DNA from: Hyphochytrium catenoides
Taxonomy: Eukaryota > Protista > Hyphochytriomycota
DNA length: 64,000 nucleotides
Direction of reading: 5' to 3'
Assembly: GCA_900088475.1 (NCBI GenBank)
Contig: FLMG01000988.1
Coordinates: forward strand, 124,001 to 188,000
Below, piece by piece: positions 26,250-38,751 of this stretch (position 1 is the first letter of the stretch; every line of letters begins with the position of its first letter). Position numbers and translations under genes: made by a program. The notes beneath the pieces were generated by a model. The model worked only from the letters and a program-made list of their open reading frames with translations. It was not told where the DNA came from and searched no databases.

Positions 26250-28120
26250 ATGATTGCTGGAGAGAATACGGAAGCTGTTGCCCCGGCCCCCACGGACCAA
26301 TCACAGGCACCAAAGCCGAGGCGTTCTATCAAAGTAAATGCCATCTTCCCGTTGGAACCTACCTCCCAGCACCACCCCAGTGAAGTGGTGCAGACCTCTC
26401 CCAGTCCTGGAACAACGACCTTCAACCCCATATCTGCGCCAGCTCTGGCAACCTTCAACATCTCCGATATCCTCGCGGCGAAACAAGACACACCCGATAC
26501 TGAAGATGAGGGAGAGAGCGGCAGCGGCTCAGAGGAGGAAGAGGAAGGAGATAAGGAGGATGGGGCGGGTCCCAAGGGCCTCCAGAAGCTGAACGATGAG
26601 TATGACCTCGATTTGGACTTTGACAATCCTATTGAAGAGCTGGACCTATCAGAGAGAGGATTGAAGGATGTGCCTACAGAGCTATTTGGTGAGAACCTTG
26701 CCTTTTATAGAACCTCACAGACCAATGAGCTGAATGAGCACGTAGATTACATTAGTGGCAGATCAGCTACCAGTGGTATTTGGGATCGAGATCAGCGGAT
26801 AACCCAAGAAGGGGTGCCACTGTTGCGCTTTCAAGTCTTCTAATTCCTCTGACCGCAGGTGGTGGATTGGAGAGCCTTCAAGGCCTTTACTTGGAGAGCA
26901 ATGAGTTAGTTAAACTTCCCGACGAGCTGTGCGGTCTTGGGACTCTACAGGAGCTCTACCTGAGGAAAAACCGGCTGACAACTCTCCCTACCAGAATTGG
27001 CTCGTTGAGCAAGTTGGACGGACTGTATCTGGAGGATAATAAACTTCAAGTAGCAAGCTTTCCGCCCTCTTTCGCCGCTCTCACGCAGCTCAAGGGACTA
27101 ACACTCCAGAGGAACCTCTTAAATGTACGACCACCTATTTCCAAGTTGTGATGGGTCATGGCTTTTCTCTCACTCTAAGACCTGTGGATCTGCATTTATT
27201 TAGGCTATGCCTCTGAGTATTTGTTCATTGGCGTCCCTGGAGGAACTCTACCTGGATAACAACCAGCTTACTTCTCTACCTGAGGAAGTTGGGGCTCTAG
27301 TGAACCTCAGAGAGCTCGATATCATACAGAATAGAATAACAGCGCTCCCCTCGTCGATAGGATCCTTAGTGAAGCTGCAGATATTACATGCCGAAGGTAT
27401 GACCATGTGACGTACATTAACTCTATAGAGATGTTCAGAGACTTCTATATCCATCATACTAGGAAACGAGCTGGAAAAGCTCCCTAAAGGCATCGGAAAC
27501 CTTCTCAATCTCAAGAAGGTAGTCACATTTACTTGCTCAAGGCAACAACCCCTCGGCTAAGTTTCATATGTATATATCACAGATATATCTGCACAATAAT
27601 AAGCTTGGCAAACTACACTCAGCGCTGGGTAAATGCACCAAGCTTGAGGTTGTCAACCTTGAGGACAACAGGTTACAAAAGATAGGAAAGAAGATCGCCC
27701 AGGTAAGTTCACTTTCTTTTTCTGGCATTAGCGCTTGACGGGACGATAGGATTAAACTGACTCTAATTGACCCCTTCCGCATCCCTCCAATCCCAATGCC
27801 CTCGCCTCTCGGCAAACTCTCGTGTCTTTCGGTATCTCTTTCTCTTCTCAACCCCTTTCTGCTTTTCTATCCATCATTACATATCCGTCATCTATCCACT
27901 GCTCAAGCTCCCAAACCTGAAACATCTCCTTTTGGCCGGAAATCAACTCGAAGACTTGCCTTTCAACCCTTTGGAAACAGCTCCTGGACTAAGAAGACTC
28001 ACACTTTCCGGCAACAAGCTTCCTGAACACTTGATGAAGCTGGAAAGACGAGAAGACGCGCCAGGAGAGGCTCCGAAAGTTGAAACAGTGAAGGAGGGCG
28101 AAGAGGAAGAGAATGACTGA
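26250..28120 (+). CDS. Leucine-rich repeat protein (23-aa 'typical' LRRs) with an acidic, disordered N-terminus, multi-exon
   Basis: Repeated LxxLxLxxNxLxxLPxxI units (LQELYLRKNRLTTLPTRIG, LEELYLDNNQLTSLPEEVG). Confidence 0.9.
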
Positions 28121-28197
28121 GCGTCTGGTCTCAGTCCACTCTGATTTGCTCCCGTCGTTACTTTAGAGCACGATGTTTCCATACGTTTATAGACATT

Positions 28198-29526
28198 CTA
28201 CGGCTTCCATCGGACTTTATCCAGTGCAACCTGCGCCGCCCTACTGATATTGGTATCACTATGCTTGCTCAGCTCTTCGAGTCTCTGCAGGAATGCATCG
28301 TCACTTATAAGCTCCTGCCTCACAGCTGGTAGTGCCGTAGTAATAGCTAACGTCTTTAAACCATTGAGTTGGACCAATCTGCTGGCAGACGAGTCTAGCA
28401 GCAACTTTACGACTTCTTTTGTGAGCTCGCAGCGATGAAACGCTTGCTTTCCTCCGTCTTCTATGACAATGTTCATGAGTGCTCCAATGGCTGCAGCTTT
28501 GCAGTCGTTGCCGCCTTGCCTAACTAGAACAGTCAATTTGTCCACAGCACAATGCTCAATGGACAGCACTTTGCCTACAAAAGGATGTTTAGCTCTGCCG
28601 GACCCGAAAGGCTCCTCTAAGCGCTCATAGGAGCTTTAGCTTACCTCCTTCATGATTGCAGAGTGAGCAAAGGGTATCGCAGGCACAGATAACAACGCCA
28701 GGATCTGAGTGGGAAAGCAGACGAATGACGGCTTCAACTGCCCCTGCCTCAAGAGCTAGTCTAAAAGCCGTTCCTGCTCTATCGATGACAAGCTTCCCAA
28801 TAATTTTCAGAGTATTCTGGACTGTAGACGGGTTGTCTCTCGTTAGCCCTTTCACTAAGACGGTAAAGCTTTCCCTCGATGTAATCTGTAATAGATCTCA
28901 GTGATCAGCACTCCCCTTTACCGACTGGCACTCAGGAGTGAGACTTACGTGAGCGCAGGCTTGGGGATTCGCGCTAAGCAGCATCAACCCGTGGATGACG
29001 CTATCTCTGTTTAAACTATCCGTATGATCGATATTTGCTACCTGGTGAATGGTAAGCCTCATCCCTTCACATGCCACAGGAGGCTGATGACGTACCATAT
29101 TCCCTATTGCCTCAGGAGATGCCTTGATAAGTGCAGTCCTACCGTTCGCACTGCATGCCAAGTGACGAAAGCAGATGCAGGCGTTTTGGCGGATATTCTC
29201 ATCCTCATCAATGAGGAGTGGAACGAGCAATGTCATCATCCCTTTATCCAGACACTGAGCCACATCTTCGGGATGAGTTAACATCCTAGACGTCGTCTTC
29301 AAAGCATTACGCTTCACATCCTGCATAAGTGGTTAGCTCCTCCTTCTTTGATAATCTCGCTGTGTTTGGGCTTAACCTGGTCCTTATCCTCGATTTGACG
29401 CTTGAGCTTTGCCCACTTCTCTGCACCAAATGCCTCTGTGATGACGGTCTTTGGTGGAAGCTCTGGATTGTTCTTCACATCCTTGAATGCTATTTGCTGT
29501 GCGTTAGATAGGTGTTTGACGCTCAT
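28198..29526 (-). CDS. RSPH14: Radial spoke head protein 14 homologue (armadillo repeats), multi-exon
   Basis: N-terminal ITEAFG..WAKL, ARM repeats and C-terminal AAQVALDKVRWKP, as in RSPH14/RTDR1. Confidence 0.85.
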
Positions 29527-30300
29527 AGCTCTTAGAGTCAATCTCTAACTTTACTTCTTCCTGTATCAAGTTGAAGTGGTAAGCGTCCACTGGTCAGGGC
29601 TATCACTTCCGGAAACTCATGAAGCTCAGCTCTGTCGAGCAGGTAGGTGATCACTGATGAAGATCAATCAATGGTGAGGCTTTGATGATGTGGCAGCAAT
29701 CTCACGCCAAAATGCACTCAGAATTTGTGACTTGTGAATGACTTCAGCAGGAAGAGTATGAAACGACCTTCTTCGGTTATCGGTTATCAGTCTAAAGAAC
29801 TGTTATTGATTCTAGTAATCGCTTAGCCCTTCCCTTGGTAATCAGACCCCTGGCTCATTGGTCATCAACATCAATCAGAACCAAGAACCAAGAAGCTCTA
29901 GCAATAACCGAAGCGCAAACTGATCAGTCCATCAGTCCATCACCACCAAGGCCGATGATCTCTTCTTTGTCTTCTCAAAAGCAGCCAGGGACCTCCGTCA
30001 AAAGCCTGCTTTTGTCGTTGTCCGGTTGGCGACAGTGGCCAGGCAGCTCAACTTCACATTGTGACAAGAACTTGAGGTGAGTATTTTTGTCCTTCCCAAG
30101 GACGAGGGCAAGGTAGACTTTGCTCTCGCGATAGACACGACGAGCCGTTACCTCAGTCCAACGCCACCGTGAGGTCGTCGTGGGCCACGCAAGCAACAAT
30201 AGTGCCTCCGCATTTCGTTGGTGCCAGCACGTGACCCCATTTTCCAGAGAACTTAGGCCTGGAACGCACTCTCGCTTCTAGTGAAGCCTAACTGTCCAAC

Positions 30301-33300
30301 ATGGCAGAGCATGAGCAAAGGGGAGACCTCAGTCACCCCACCAAAAGGCAAAAGGTCATCAGCGGTCGACTGTGGTATTACTGCTTCACAATCAGGGACT
30401 GACTTTCTTGGTCGAGGTAGATGGAGGAACTCCAGCACTTGGACGAAGAAGAAGACGATGCGCCAGCATCAGTAATCGTCCAGTTCGTTTCAGTTGAGGT
30501 ATCACTTGACCCAATTTGAACCAAAAGACCGTGTGTAAGGAGTCTGGGCATTCACAGGGTGAAGAGGTAGGCGTACAACTGGACATACCCATCACCTCGA
30601 CTCCATTGCAGATGGAGGAGGTCGTTAACCACCTTCTCGAGGTAATCCCAGCTGCCTAGATAAGCGCACCATTCTTTCCTGCCTCTAAGCATCAGTTTAC
30701 TGTCGACCTTGCCCGCCCCTCACTTGAACTTGTAGAATGGCAGCAACAAGGTGCCCTATGCCTTCTACGTTAACGACGTTGAGATTACTAGTTCAATTCA
30801 GGAGACAATGAAAGAAAATGTAAGTGTCTTTTCATCACCCCTTCAAGAGAATCCAGTCCGGCCGAGAGAGATAGCCCTCGCACTTTGTCGTGTGTATCGC
30901 TGAGCGCTCTTTTCCCTTTGTACATGCTCCCTAGAAACTATCGACGGAAACAGTCTTGCTTGTGAAGTATCAGCCCCTTGCGACATTTAGAGTTCGCCCT
31001 GTGTCACGATGTGGAGACACATTACAAGGTGGGCTTACACGACATGGGCTTTCCTATAGCTAGTATTCACTTCACTGCTTTCATGCTTTCACTTGCCCTG
31101 AGGCCGTCCGTCATCCGGAGGCTTTCTTCGTATGGAAGTGTTAACTTGTTGCCCGTCATGAGTAGGCCACACAGAAGCTATCCTTCATGTCAGTTTCAGT
31201 CCGGATGGAAGTAAGCTAGCCAGCGGCGGAGGGGATGCAACTGTTCGGTATTATTTATTCCTCATGAAGCTCCAAATCTATTGGGTTCACTTTCATATTT
31301 TGCGCTTTTAGAATCCTTTCGCACTATCGTATGTACCACCCATGCTATGTTCCCCCTATTTCTTCCTCCACCGCCCCTGATCGCTTTACCTAGAGGCTAA
31401 GTGGCGATGCTGGGCTAGGTTTTGGGACGTAAACTCGTCACTTCCAATCGTTACCTGCAGAGGTCACAAAGCCTGGGTCCTCTGCACGGCCTGGTCGCCA
31501 GATGGCAAACGCTTTGCATCCGGAGATAAAAATGGGGAGATAAGGTAATGGCTTTCCCCTATCGTTGTCTGCCGTCAGCTCGAGACTCTGACGTTAGCTT
31601 GTAGAGTATGGGATCCGGTTACGGGGAAACAAATAGGACTTTTGACTGGACACAAAAAGTGGATCACGGCGCTATGTTGGGAGCCAATGCACAGGTAAGG
31701 GCAGTGGCGCATTAACAGACGGTCTTAATGGGGCGATGAGAAGAGCTAACAAGGACTAAGCGGTAATCGACGCTGAGAAGGGGAGCTGGCAGACGGAGAG
31801 GCAGGGTTAACGGAAATGCTGCTCCCTCCGAGAAATGCTAGAGACTAAGAAAACGTCTGTAGAAACTCGTCGTGTGAAAGGCTAGCAAGTTCATCCAAGG
31901 ATTCTACCATAAAGATATGGAATGTGAGGACCGGGAAGATGGAACTCTCTCTCTCGGTAAGCTTCTTAAATGAGGCGTCAACCTTCTATTCGCATGTGGC
32001 TAAACACTTTTTCTAATGATTGCAGGGGCACACAGACTCGGTGGAAAGTATAAAATGGGGTGGTGAGGGCCTTTTGTACAGCGCGTCCAGAGACAGGACA
32101 ATAAAAGTCTGGGCTGTTGAAGCCGACGGAAAGGTGGGTTGCCTCTTCCACGGCGAGAAGCACAGGCTGTTCTCACAACGCCTCTGATGTCAGGGCAAGC
32201 TTGTTCGTACTCTAGTGGGACATGGACACCGAATCAACACACTTGCCCTAAATGTTGAGTACGTATTAAGGACAGGACCTTTTGACCACACAGGCAAGAA
32301 GTTTTCCTCCATAGAAGAAGGTAGGTAGTCAGCCTCATCTCATCTCACCCCATCGACACCTCTAATACTCAATTGACATCTATCGGACCATTAAGCTCAC
32401 GCGGCGGCTAAGGAGAGGTACGAAAAGGCTAGAGCAGGGCAACCTGAGCGCCTAGTCTCCGGTTCGGACGACTTCACCCTCTTTCTGTGGGAGCCCGCGG
32501 TAAAGCTACGTCTCTAGCCTCCTCATGACATCATCATGTTTCTGCCATGTTCCTAGCCGGCTATGGACTTCCCGATCTTATCCTTTCGCTCCCCCCTCTT
32601 TGCCATCTTTTGACTTGTTGCCTTTCCACTTCCTCTTAGCCTTGCTAATGCGTACATCTTGTCGCTTCGAACCCCAATAGGAGGGCAAAAAGCCGATCCA
32701 GAGGCTGACAGGGCACGTGCAGCCCATCAATCATCTTGCTTTCTCCCCCGATGGAAGATTTTTCGCTAGTGCATCCTTTGACAAAAAGGTTAAACTGTGG
32801 GACGGGCGAACGGGCAGGTAGGATGTGCGCATGATGCCTCCATATATATATATCCCATATCCTCTTCTCTAAGCTGGGTACTGCGCCTCACTGCACCCTC
32901 TGTGCCTCCTGTTAACCATTCACGCGATCCTAAGGTGTTCTCTTCATGTAGGTTTATCGCTACTCTTACAGGTCATGTGGGCGCTGTCTACCAGGTAAGT
33001 AGAGGAGGAGGGTCTCTTGCTGTAAGCAGTTCTGACGGATTCCCGTCTACAATTAGGTCTGCTGGTCTAGTGATAGCAGGCTCCTGGTGAGCGCAAGCAA
33101 AGACAGCACAGTAAAACTGTGGAACGTTGCTGAGCCAAAGGCTGCAAAAGCCACACTTCCAGGACATGCGGATGAGGTAAACACACTGGCAAAAGATAAA
33201 GGCTCGTCATATGTCAGACTATAGATGACCTTTTTTCTCCAGGTCTATGCTCTTGACTGGAGCCCCAATGGAGAGCGCGTAGCATCAGGCAGCAAAGATA

Positions 33301-33395
33301 GAACCATCAAAATGTACGTGTTAACGCATAAGAGGTCTGGTGTAACTAAAGTTGAACTCCCTTAACATCTTTCTCGTTGCAGTTGGCGGCAGTAG
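30301..33395 (+). CDS. NLE1: Notchless/Rsa4 WD40 ribosome-assembly factor, many short exons
   Basis: NLE ubiquitin-like domain ([24 protein letters not shown]), [47 protein letters not shown] and [26 protein letters not shown]. Ends WRQ-TAG. Confidence 0.96.
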
Positions 33396-34164
33396 GCTCT
33401 TCCATTCCCATCAGACCTCCTTACTTATTGGAGCTTATCATCCTTGGTGGGCTGCTGTGAGACTGAGTATGGAGCTTTCCCGTGGTGGCGTCGCTGTCCG
33501 GTGCGAGTAAACTCTGGGGCTTCCTACAGTCTGCGCCAGCTTGTTCGTGAAGCCTGCCTCTCAGGCAAAGGCCAATCTGATCATTAGAAGTAAGATGTTG
33601 GAGCTGATGTTGGGGCACAGGCCCACAACCTTTGACAGGAACCCTAACATAACATTAGACAAACACATCACTGTAGAATACCATTGTAGACGCTCATGCG
33701 TCCGCATTCGGAATAATGAGTACATAAATGGATACTTTTACAGAGGGAAGATTGTTGTATACAGAATAGCCTTATCGATCTTCAAAGGCTGGCTTCTGAA
33801 CGAACCTCCCTCTTGACCTGATGTTCATACTGTAGGGAGGCAAGAAGCTGTTGACAGGACAGGACAGGAAGATTTTCTTCATGGCGCTCTCATGATTCAT
33901 AGCAGATCGCGACAGATCTGCAGCAAGGGTTCCATTATTTATCCCTGAGAAGAGAGCTTGTACATTGCTCCCTTTGAATAGCCTCTACTCCTTCATCGTA
34001 TCTGGGTTTATCTAGCACATTCGACGCGAAGTGATTTGCCCAGCCCTTGTCTTTCTTGGACCCAATCGTGAAGGTCCTATTCTATGGCTATAGCTTGCTG
34101 AACCTCGATGGGGAACTGGTAGCTTCTTCTTCGTCCCGGGAGACTGCTTCAAGATCTAGTAAGC

Positions 34165-35245
34165 ATGGGCAGTCACGGTCCCGCCCATGAAAGTGGAAAG
34201 GCGCACCAGGTAGGTTATGTTCCTGCGACACGAAGGCGTAATGGCTCTTAAATTTCGTCCATCATGCTGACGCTACTACGTCTCCCGATCGAAAACACTT
34301 AGAAAGAGAAGCATGTTAACTCCAAGAGCGCTGCTGCACGCGAAGAGGAAGATGATGACGAAGAGGATGAGACTTATTTGCAACCCATCACCGACAGTCG
34401 GACTGTCAGATTCAAGCTGCGGACTCTGAACAAGAATCTTATCTGTGCTTTGTGCGCAGGGTATTATCGCGAGCCGTACACAATTATAGAGTGTCTCCAC
34501 ACCTTCTGCAAGAGCTGCTTAACAAAGTACTTTCTCGAGGTACTCCATCTGCCCATCTTAGACTGGAAAGTTAGGAATGTGTGGCTCACCTTCACATATC
34601 AATCTTTCTGAACATCTGCAGGACAACCGTTACTGTCCAACATGCAACGCGGATATGGGCCCTAATCCGCGTTCCACATGCATGTTTGACCGAAGTATGC
34701 AGGAGATTTTGAGGAAGATCCTGCCAACGCTGGATGCAGAGGATGAGAATGCGGAAACAGAATTCTATACCCGGCTCAAGATACCTCCAAAACGTAAGCT
34801 AACACCAACGAACAACGGCAAAGGGGAACCGACGAAAAAAGTCAAGGATGCGGATGGGTCTTCATCCGGACGGCACTCCCAAGCGGATAAAGGAGAAAGT
34901 GGAGGAGGCATACGACGACAAAGCTCTGCGAGCTCTCATGACAATTCGCGGGATGTAGAAATCTCGCTCAACATTTCCCCAGATGTCTCGGAGCTCACTC
35001 CTAAGCATCTACAATTGCGCGTTCTTGAGAAGCCGTACCTTAGTACCTCCGGGAAACTTAAGGTGCTCCACTTGAAGAAATATATAGCTAAGAAGCTCAA
35101 GGGAGGCATAGAACCGGACAACATAGAGATTCTGTGCAAGGGAGAGGTGCTGGGACCAGAGCTCTCGCTCCACTTTATTGAAAGGACTCGATGGCACGAT
35201 GCTAGTGACCTCTGCCTCACTTACAGAAGGAAGATGGCTTATTGA
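34165..35245 (+). CDS. Polycomb group RING finger (PCGF/BMI1/Psc-like) with C-terminal RAWUL domain, 3 exons
   Basis: RING: LICALCAGYYREPYTIIECLHTFCKSCL..YCPTC..DRSMQEILRKI. RAWUL: LEKPYLSTSGKLKVLHLKKYIAKKL..IEILCKGEVL..LTYR. Confidence 0.92.
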
Positions 35246-35570
35246 AGAAAACTAGAAGAGAAGCGAGTATGCAAAGAGGCTCCCATCCCCAATAAGCTGA
35301 GAATGTGGCAAAGGGCGAAAGGAGAGATGAAAAATTAAGGGAGGGAAGGTGGAACTGGACAGATATCAGAGGAGAGCGAGAAACAAATATCAGTGACCGA
35401 GTCGGATGCTTGGTAAGCCCATTATTTATACTCAATAGCCGTCACTCAGCACCCCAGCAAAATAGGTAATATACAGGACAAGCGCGTCGATTCTTCAGTC
35501 CCCTAGTTCCTTCCTCTTCATGGGGTCTTGTCTCATCCTCTGTCTCCTAAGTCTGACAGCGAGAAAATAT

Positions 35571-37578
35571 TCAGATTTGGACCATCTGCGCAGGTCTCTC
35601 TTTCCCTTTTAGAGAAGAGTTGCTGCCTTCCTCTTTGGGTTTGGCTTGGCCCTGTCTCTCTTCCTGACATTTGCACATCTTCACGTACTGCCGAATAACA
35701 TCATCAGGCACGCCGTAGTAACGGGAGGTCACCTGCCAGTGCAATGGAGAATAGTTCAGGTGATGGTGAAGGCAAAGAGAATAAGAGGCTGTTGAAAAGC
35801 AGAAGGTGCATGAGCAATAAATAAGAGGAAACAGAACCATGGTAAAGGGCGTAAATATAAATGGAGTCTCTAGCTATGACAGAAGCGAGAAACATTTTCA
35901 GGCATACGTCGCATTGTTGTCTACATACCATTCGACGTGTTCTATCGGTGCCTACGTGTTTCCCACTCTGCACATGTGCGTTCCAAAGTGCCCTTGTCAC
36001 CTTGTCCTGGCTCACAACCACTCTACATCGGCTCTCGCCATCCTCCATAGCAGGCTTCACGACCTGAGCGTCATAGAGGAAGCATACAGGAATTAGAGGA
36101 TATAGAAAGCGCAAAATTGACCGAAGGGAAGAGGTTGTGACCACGATGTGGACCAAATGATGCTGGTTAGACAAGAAGTGTGGTCACATGGTCCATTGGA
36201 AATGAAGAAATGTACGCGCAGCATCTAGCTGCGGATACAGACTTTTAGTTCAGCCCAACACACGTACAGGGAAAAGCAGCAGCTATGCAAGCCGGAAGCA
36301 GGTAGCTACGAGCCCGCCCATGGCCTACCTGATAGTCTTCTACCTTCTTCCCGTCGGGCATTGTAATTACCATCTTCCTATAACTAAAGCCTTGCTTTCG
36401 CACCCAATGGCGAAACTGAGCGGAGCCAAACTGGTTTTTCGCACCTTTCTTTTTCGAGCTTTGAATCTTTAAGAAAGCCTTTATGTCTTGGAATTTTTCA
36501 GGAGAGAGAATGATGCACTTAGGGTGCGACTGAACGTACATATCTAGCCAAGCAAGGAACTCTGTATGATCCACCCTCTGAAAGGCGTCAGACCCGGGAT
36601 CATTGAGGCTGTAGGCGGATTCTACAGATATCGAAAGACCAGTGTCGGCAATGAGTTTGAGGACTTCAATATAGGGTTCGAGGCGCGCAACACCAGCAGG
36701 GAAGGAGAGTGGGAGGCGGAGTCGTAGAGAATCATGTGAGAAGCATTGTATCTAGACAAGACGGTAGAAAGACGACCACCAGTAGAAGAATCAAATCTAG
36801 GAGGAAGGATCGAAGAACGTTGACGTACCGTCTTTAGCGGAGAGGTAGACAGGCCTGGCAAGCTCCAATCTCCTCTTCTTGGTCATTGCTCTCTCTATTA
36901 AGATTGCATACGTCAGTAAGCGATAGCCAAGAGAGACTAAGCAAATGAACAGATTACTGAGAGAAAAAGAATAAGAGAAAAGAACACTTCGTATCGGTGT
37001 GAGTGTCTGTGTGTGTGAAGGAGAGAGAGAGAGAAGAGAGAGAGAGGGCGAAAATAAGATCATAGGCACCCCTAGAGGCCAAGAGGTGGCTTGGATGGAG
37101 GTGTTTCCACCTAAGTAAAGGAGTAAGGCTCAACCGTAGAGTCTGAGTCAGGCTTAGAAGAAAGGAGCAACGTATGAGCGAGACATGAGGAACTTCTTCA
37201 AAGTGAAAGGTTACCGGCCATTTGGATTCCCAGTAGCGGTTTATAAACGTAAAGCGGGTGGTCTTCATCCCGGCCAGCCGGCGGTAGAAGAGAAGAAAGC
37301 GGAGTTGAGCGCTTGAGCGCTTGTTCGTCCATTCCTCCCACGGTCAATCCCGAGGGATCTTCAGTGAAGACTTGTAGCAGAGCCAGTGGATAGCTCGTGA
37401 ATATGCCATAAAAATCTCTTGACTCCACTACGGAGTCGATAAGGGTTTTCGTCGTCGCATCGAGTGGAAGATTTTGAATCTCTGTGGCTGCTCCAATCCG
37501 TTGCGAGCTGGGCACATTGTCCTCTTTCTCCTCAGCGATTGTCTCCTCCAAAACCTGTACCCAAAAAGATTCCGCCAT
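35571..37578 (-). CDS. Intron-containing protein with a NOL4-like / integrase zinc-binding (H2C2-type) domain
   Basis: Five spliced exons give FRHWVRKQGF..RVVVSQDKVTRALWNAHVQSGKHVGTDRTRRM|VTSRYYGVPDDVIRQYVKMCKC. No downstream DDE/rve core. Confidence 0.75.
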
Positions 37579-38751
37579 ATTCCAACCCTGGGCTCAACGG
37601 CACCTTAAGGAGACAGCCATTCCGCAGCAACGACGAAAGTTAAGAAGCTACAAGGGGAAGGGAGCCCGAGAGAGAGGGAGTAAACCTTCGATAGTTATGC
37701 AAAGGAATAGTCTGTCAGCCCAAGGCTGAGCTATCTTTAGTAACCCTCAGAAGCCTCAACGGACTCTAACCGAGTGCTCCTGTTCCGCGACGGGTACGCG
37801 GCGTTGCAGATGCTAGAAATCACAAAGGAAGGCTCAAGAAGACGAGGGCCAAAAGGGTTCAGACATCTAGAGCGAAGGCCGATCATAAGGAGACGAGTCC
37901 TATCTGCAGCTCAGAGGCCATGATACAGCCCGCTAAACGATTTCTCATGGTACCCACAGCGTTAGTGCAGCTTGGGGCAATGAAGCGCAAGAAGAGTCAG
38001 AAGAAAGGCCAAGAGCGCCTGGTAAACTTCATTCTGAAGCTAATGCGACTATCCTCGGATAACTACCCTAAAGAAATGGTTATAAATATCCCGCTGCGTC
38101 GTTTGAGGCTGTTGAGGCCTTTCTATGAAGAGCTCGCTGGTATTCTACGAATTGCTTAGGACAGCCTATTCAAGGCCGTTTACAGCAAACAAATTTGAAA
38201 GCATTCGAGGCTCAAAATCCTTGGGAAATCCAGGAAACTAAGTGGGCAGGAGGAAGAGGCAGCAGGTCGGGAATGAGAGCGAGACTTTAAGAATAAAAAG
38301 ATAGAACATTTTGGAAAGAGATACAAGGACGGAGAGAGAGAGATGACCGCAAAATTGAAATAGAGCTCAGTTCTACAAAAGTCGCGGAGAGGCAACGATG
38401 TGCCTTGTGTCCAACAGAGATTTGGAGACTTGACGACACAGCAGCAGCCAGGACGTCAGGGCGGAGAGCTTGTGCTTCAGGGTGTAAGCGGACGAGTCCT
38501 CTTTGGAGTTTGCTGAAGGCGCCTGTGCTCCTATCTGCGTGGTGGCGCCTGGTACGTCGCTTCTCGATGCTAGCTCTGTCAAAGTTATTGTGCCTCCTTC
38601 CTCAGTGCATCCCACCTCCCTCTGTTTTAATCCTTTTAGAGATCAGTAGCACTGAGCCTTAGTCTTCCATTATTACCCTCTAGTTGCGCCTTTACTCCTG
38701 TCAGCAGAAGGCTCGACCGACAGCTCAGCTCGTCAAGGACGCAGTGCTGCC

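Noticed and set aside
25739-26626. 295-aa minus-strand ORF
   Set aside because: It is partly antisense to the LRR gene's first exon and has no recognisable motif. A small independent gene at 25739-26006 cannot be excluded but is unsupported.
31696-31863. Possible intronic C/D snoRNA in NLE1
   Set aside because: The C box is imperfect, the spacing to CTGA is only ~44 nt, and no terminal stem or guide target was identified.
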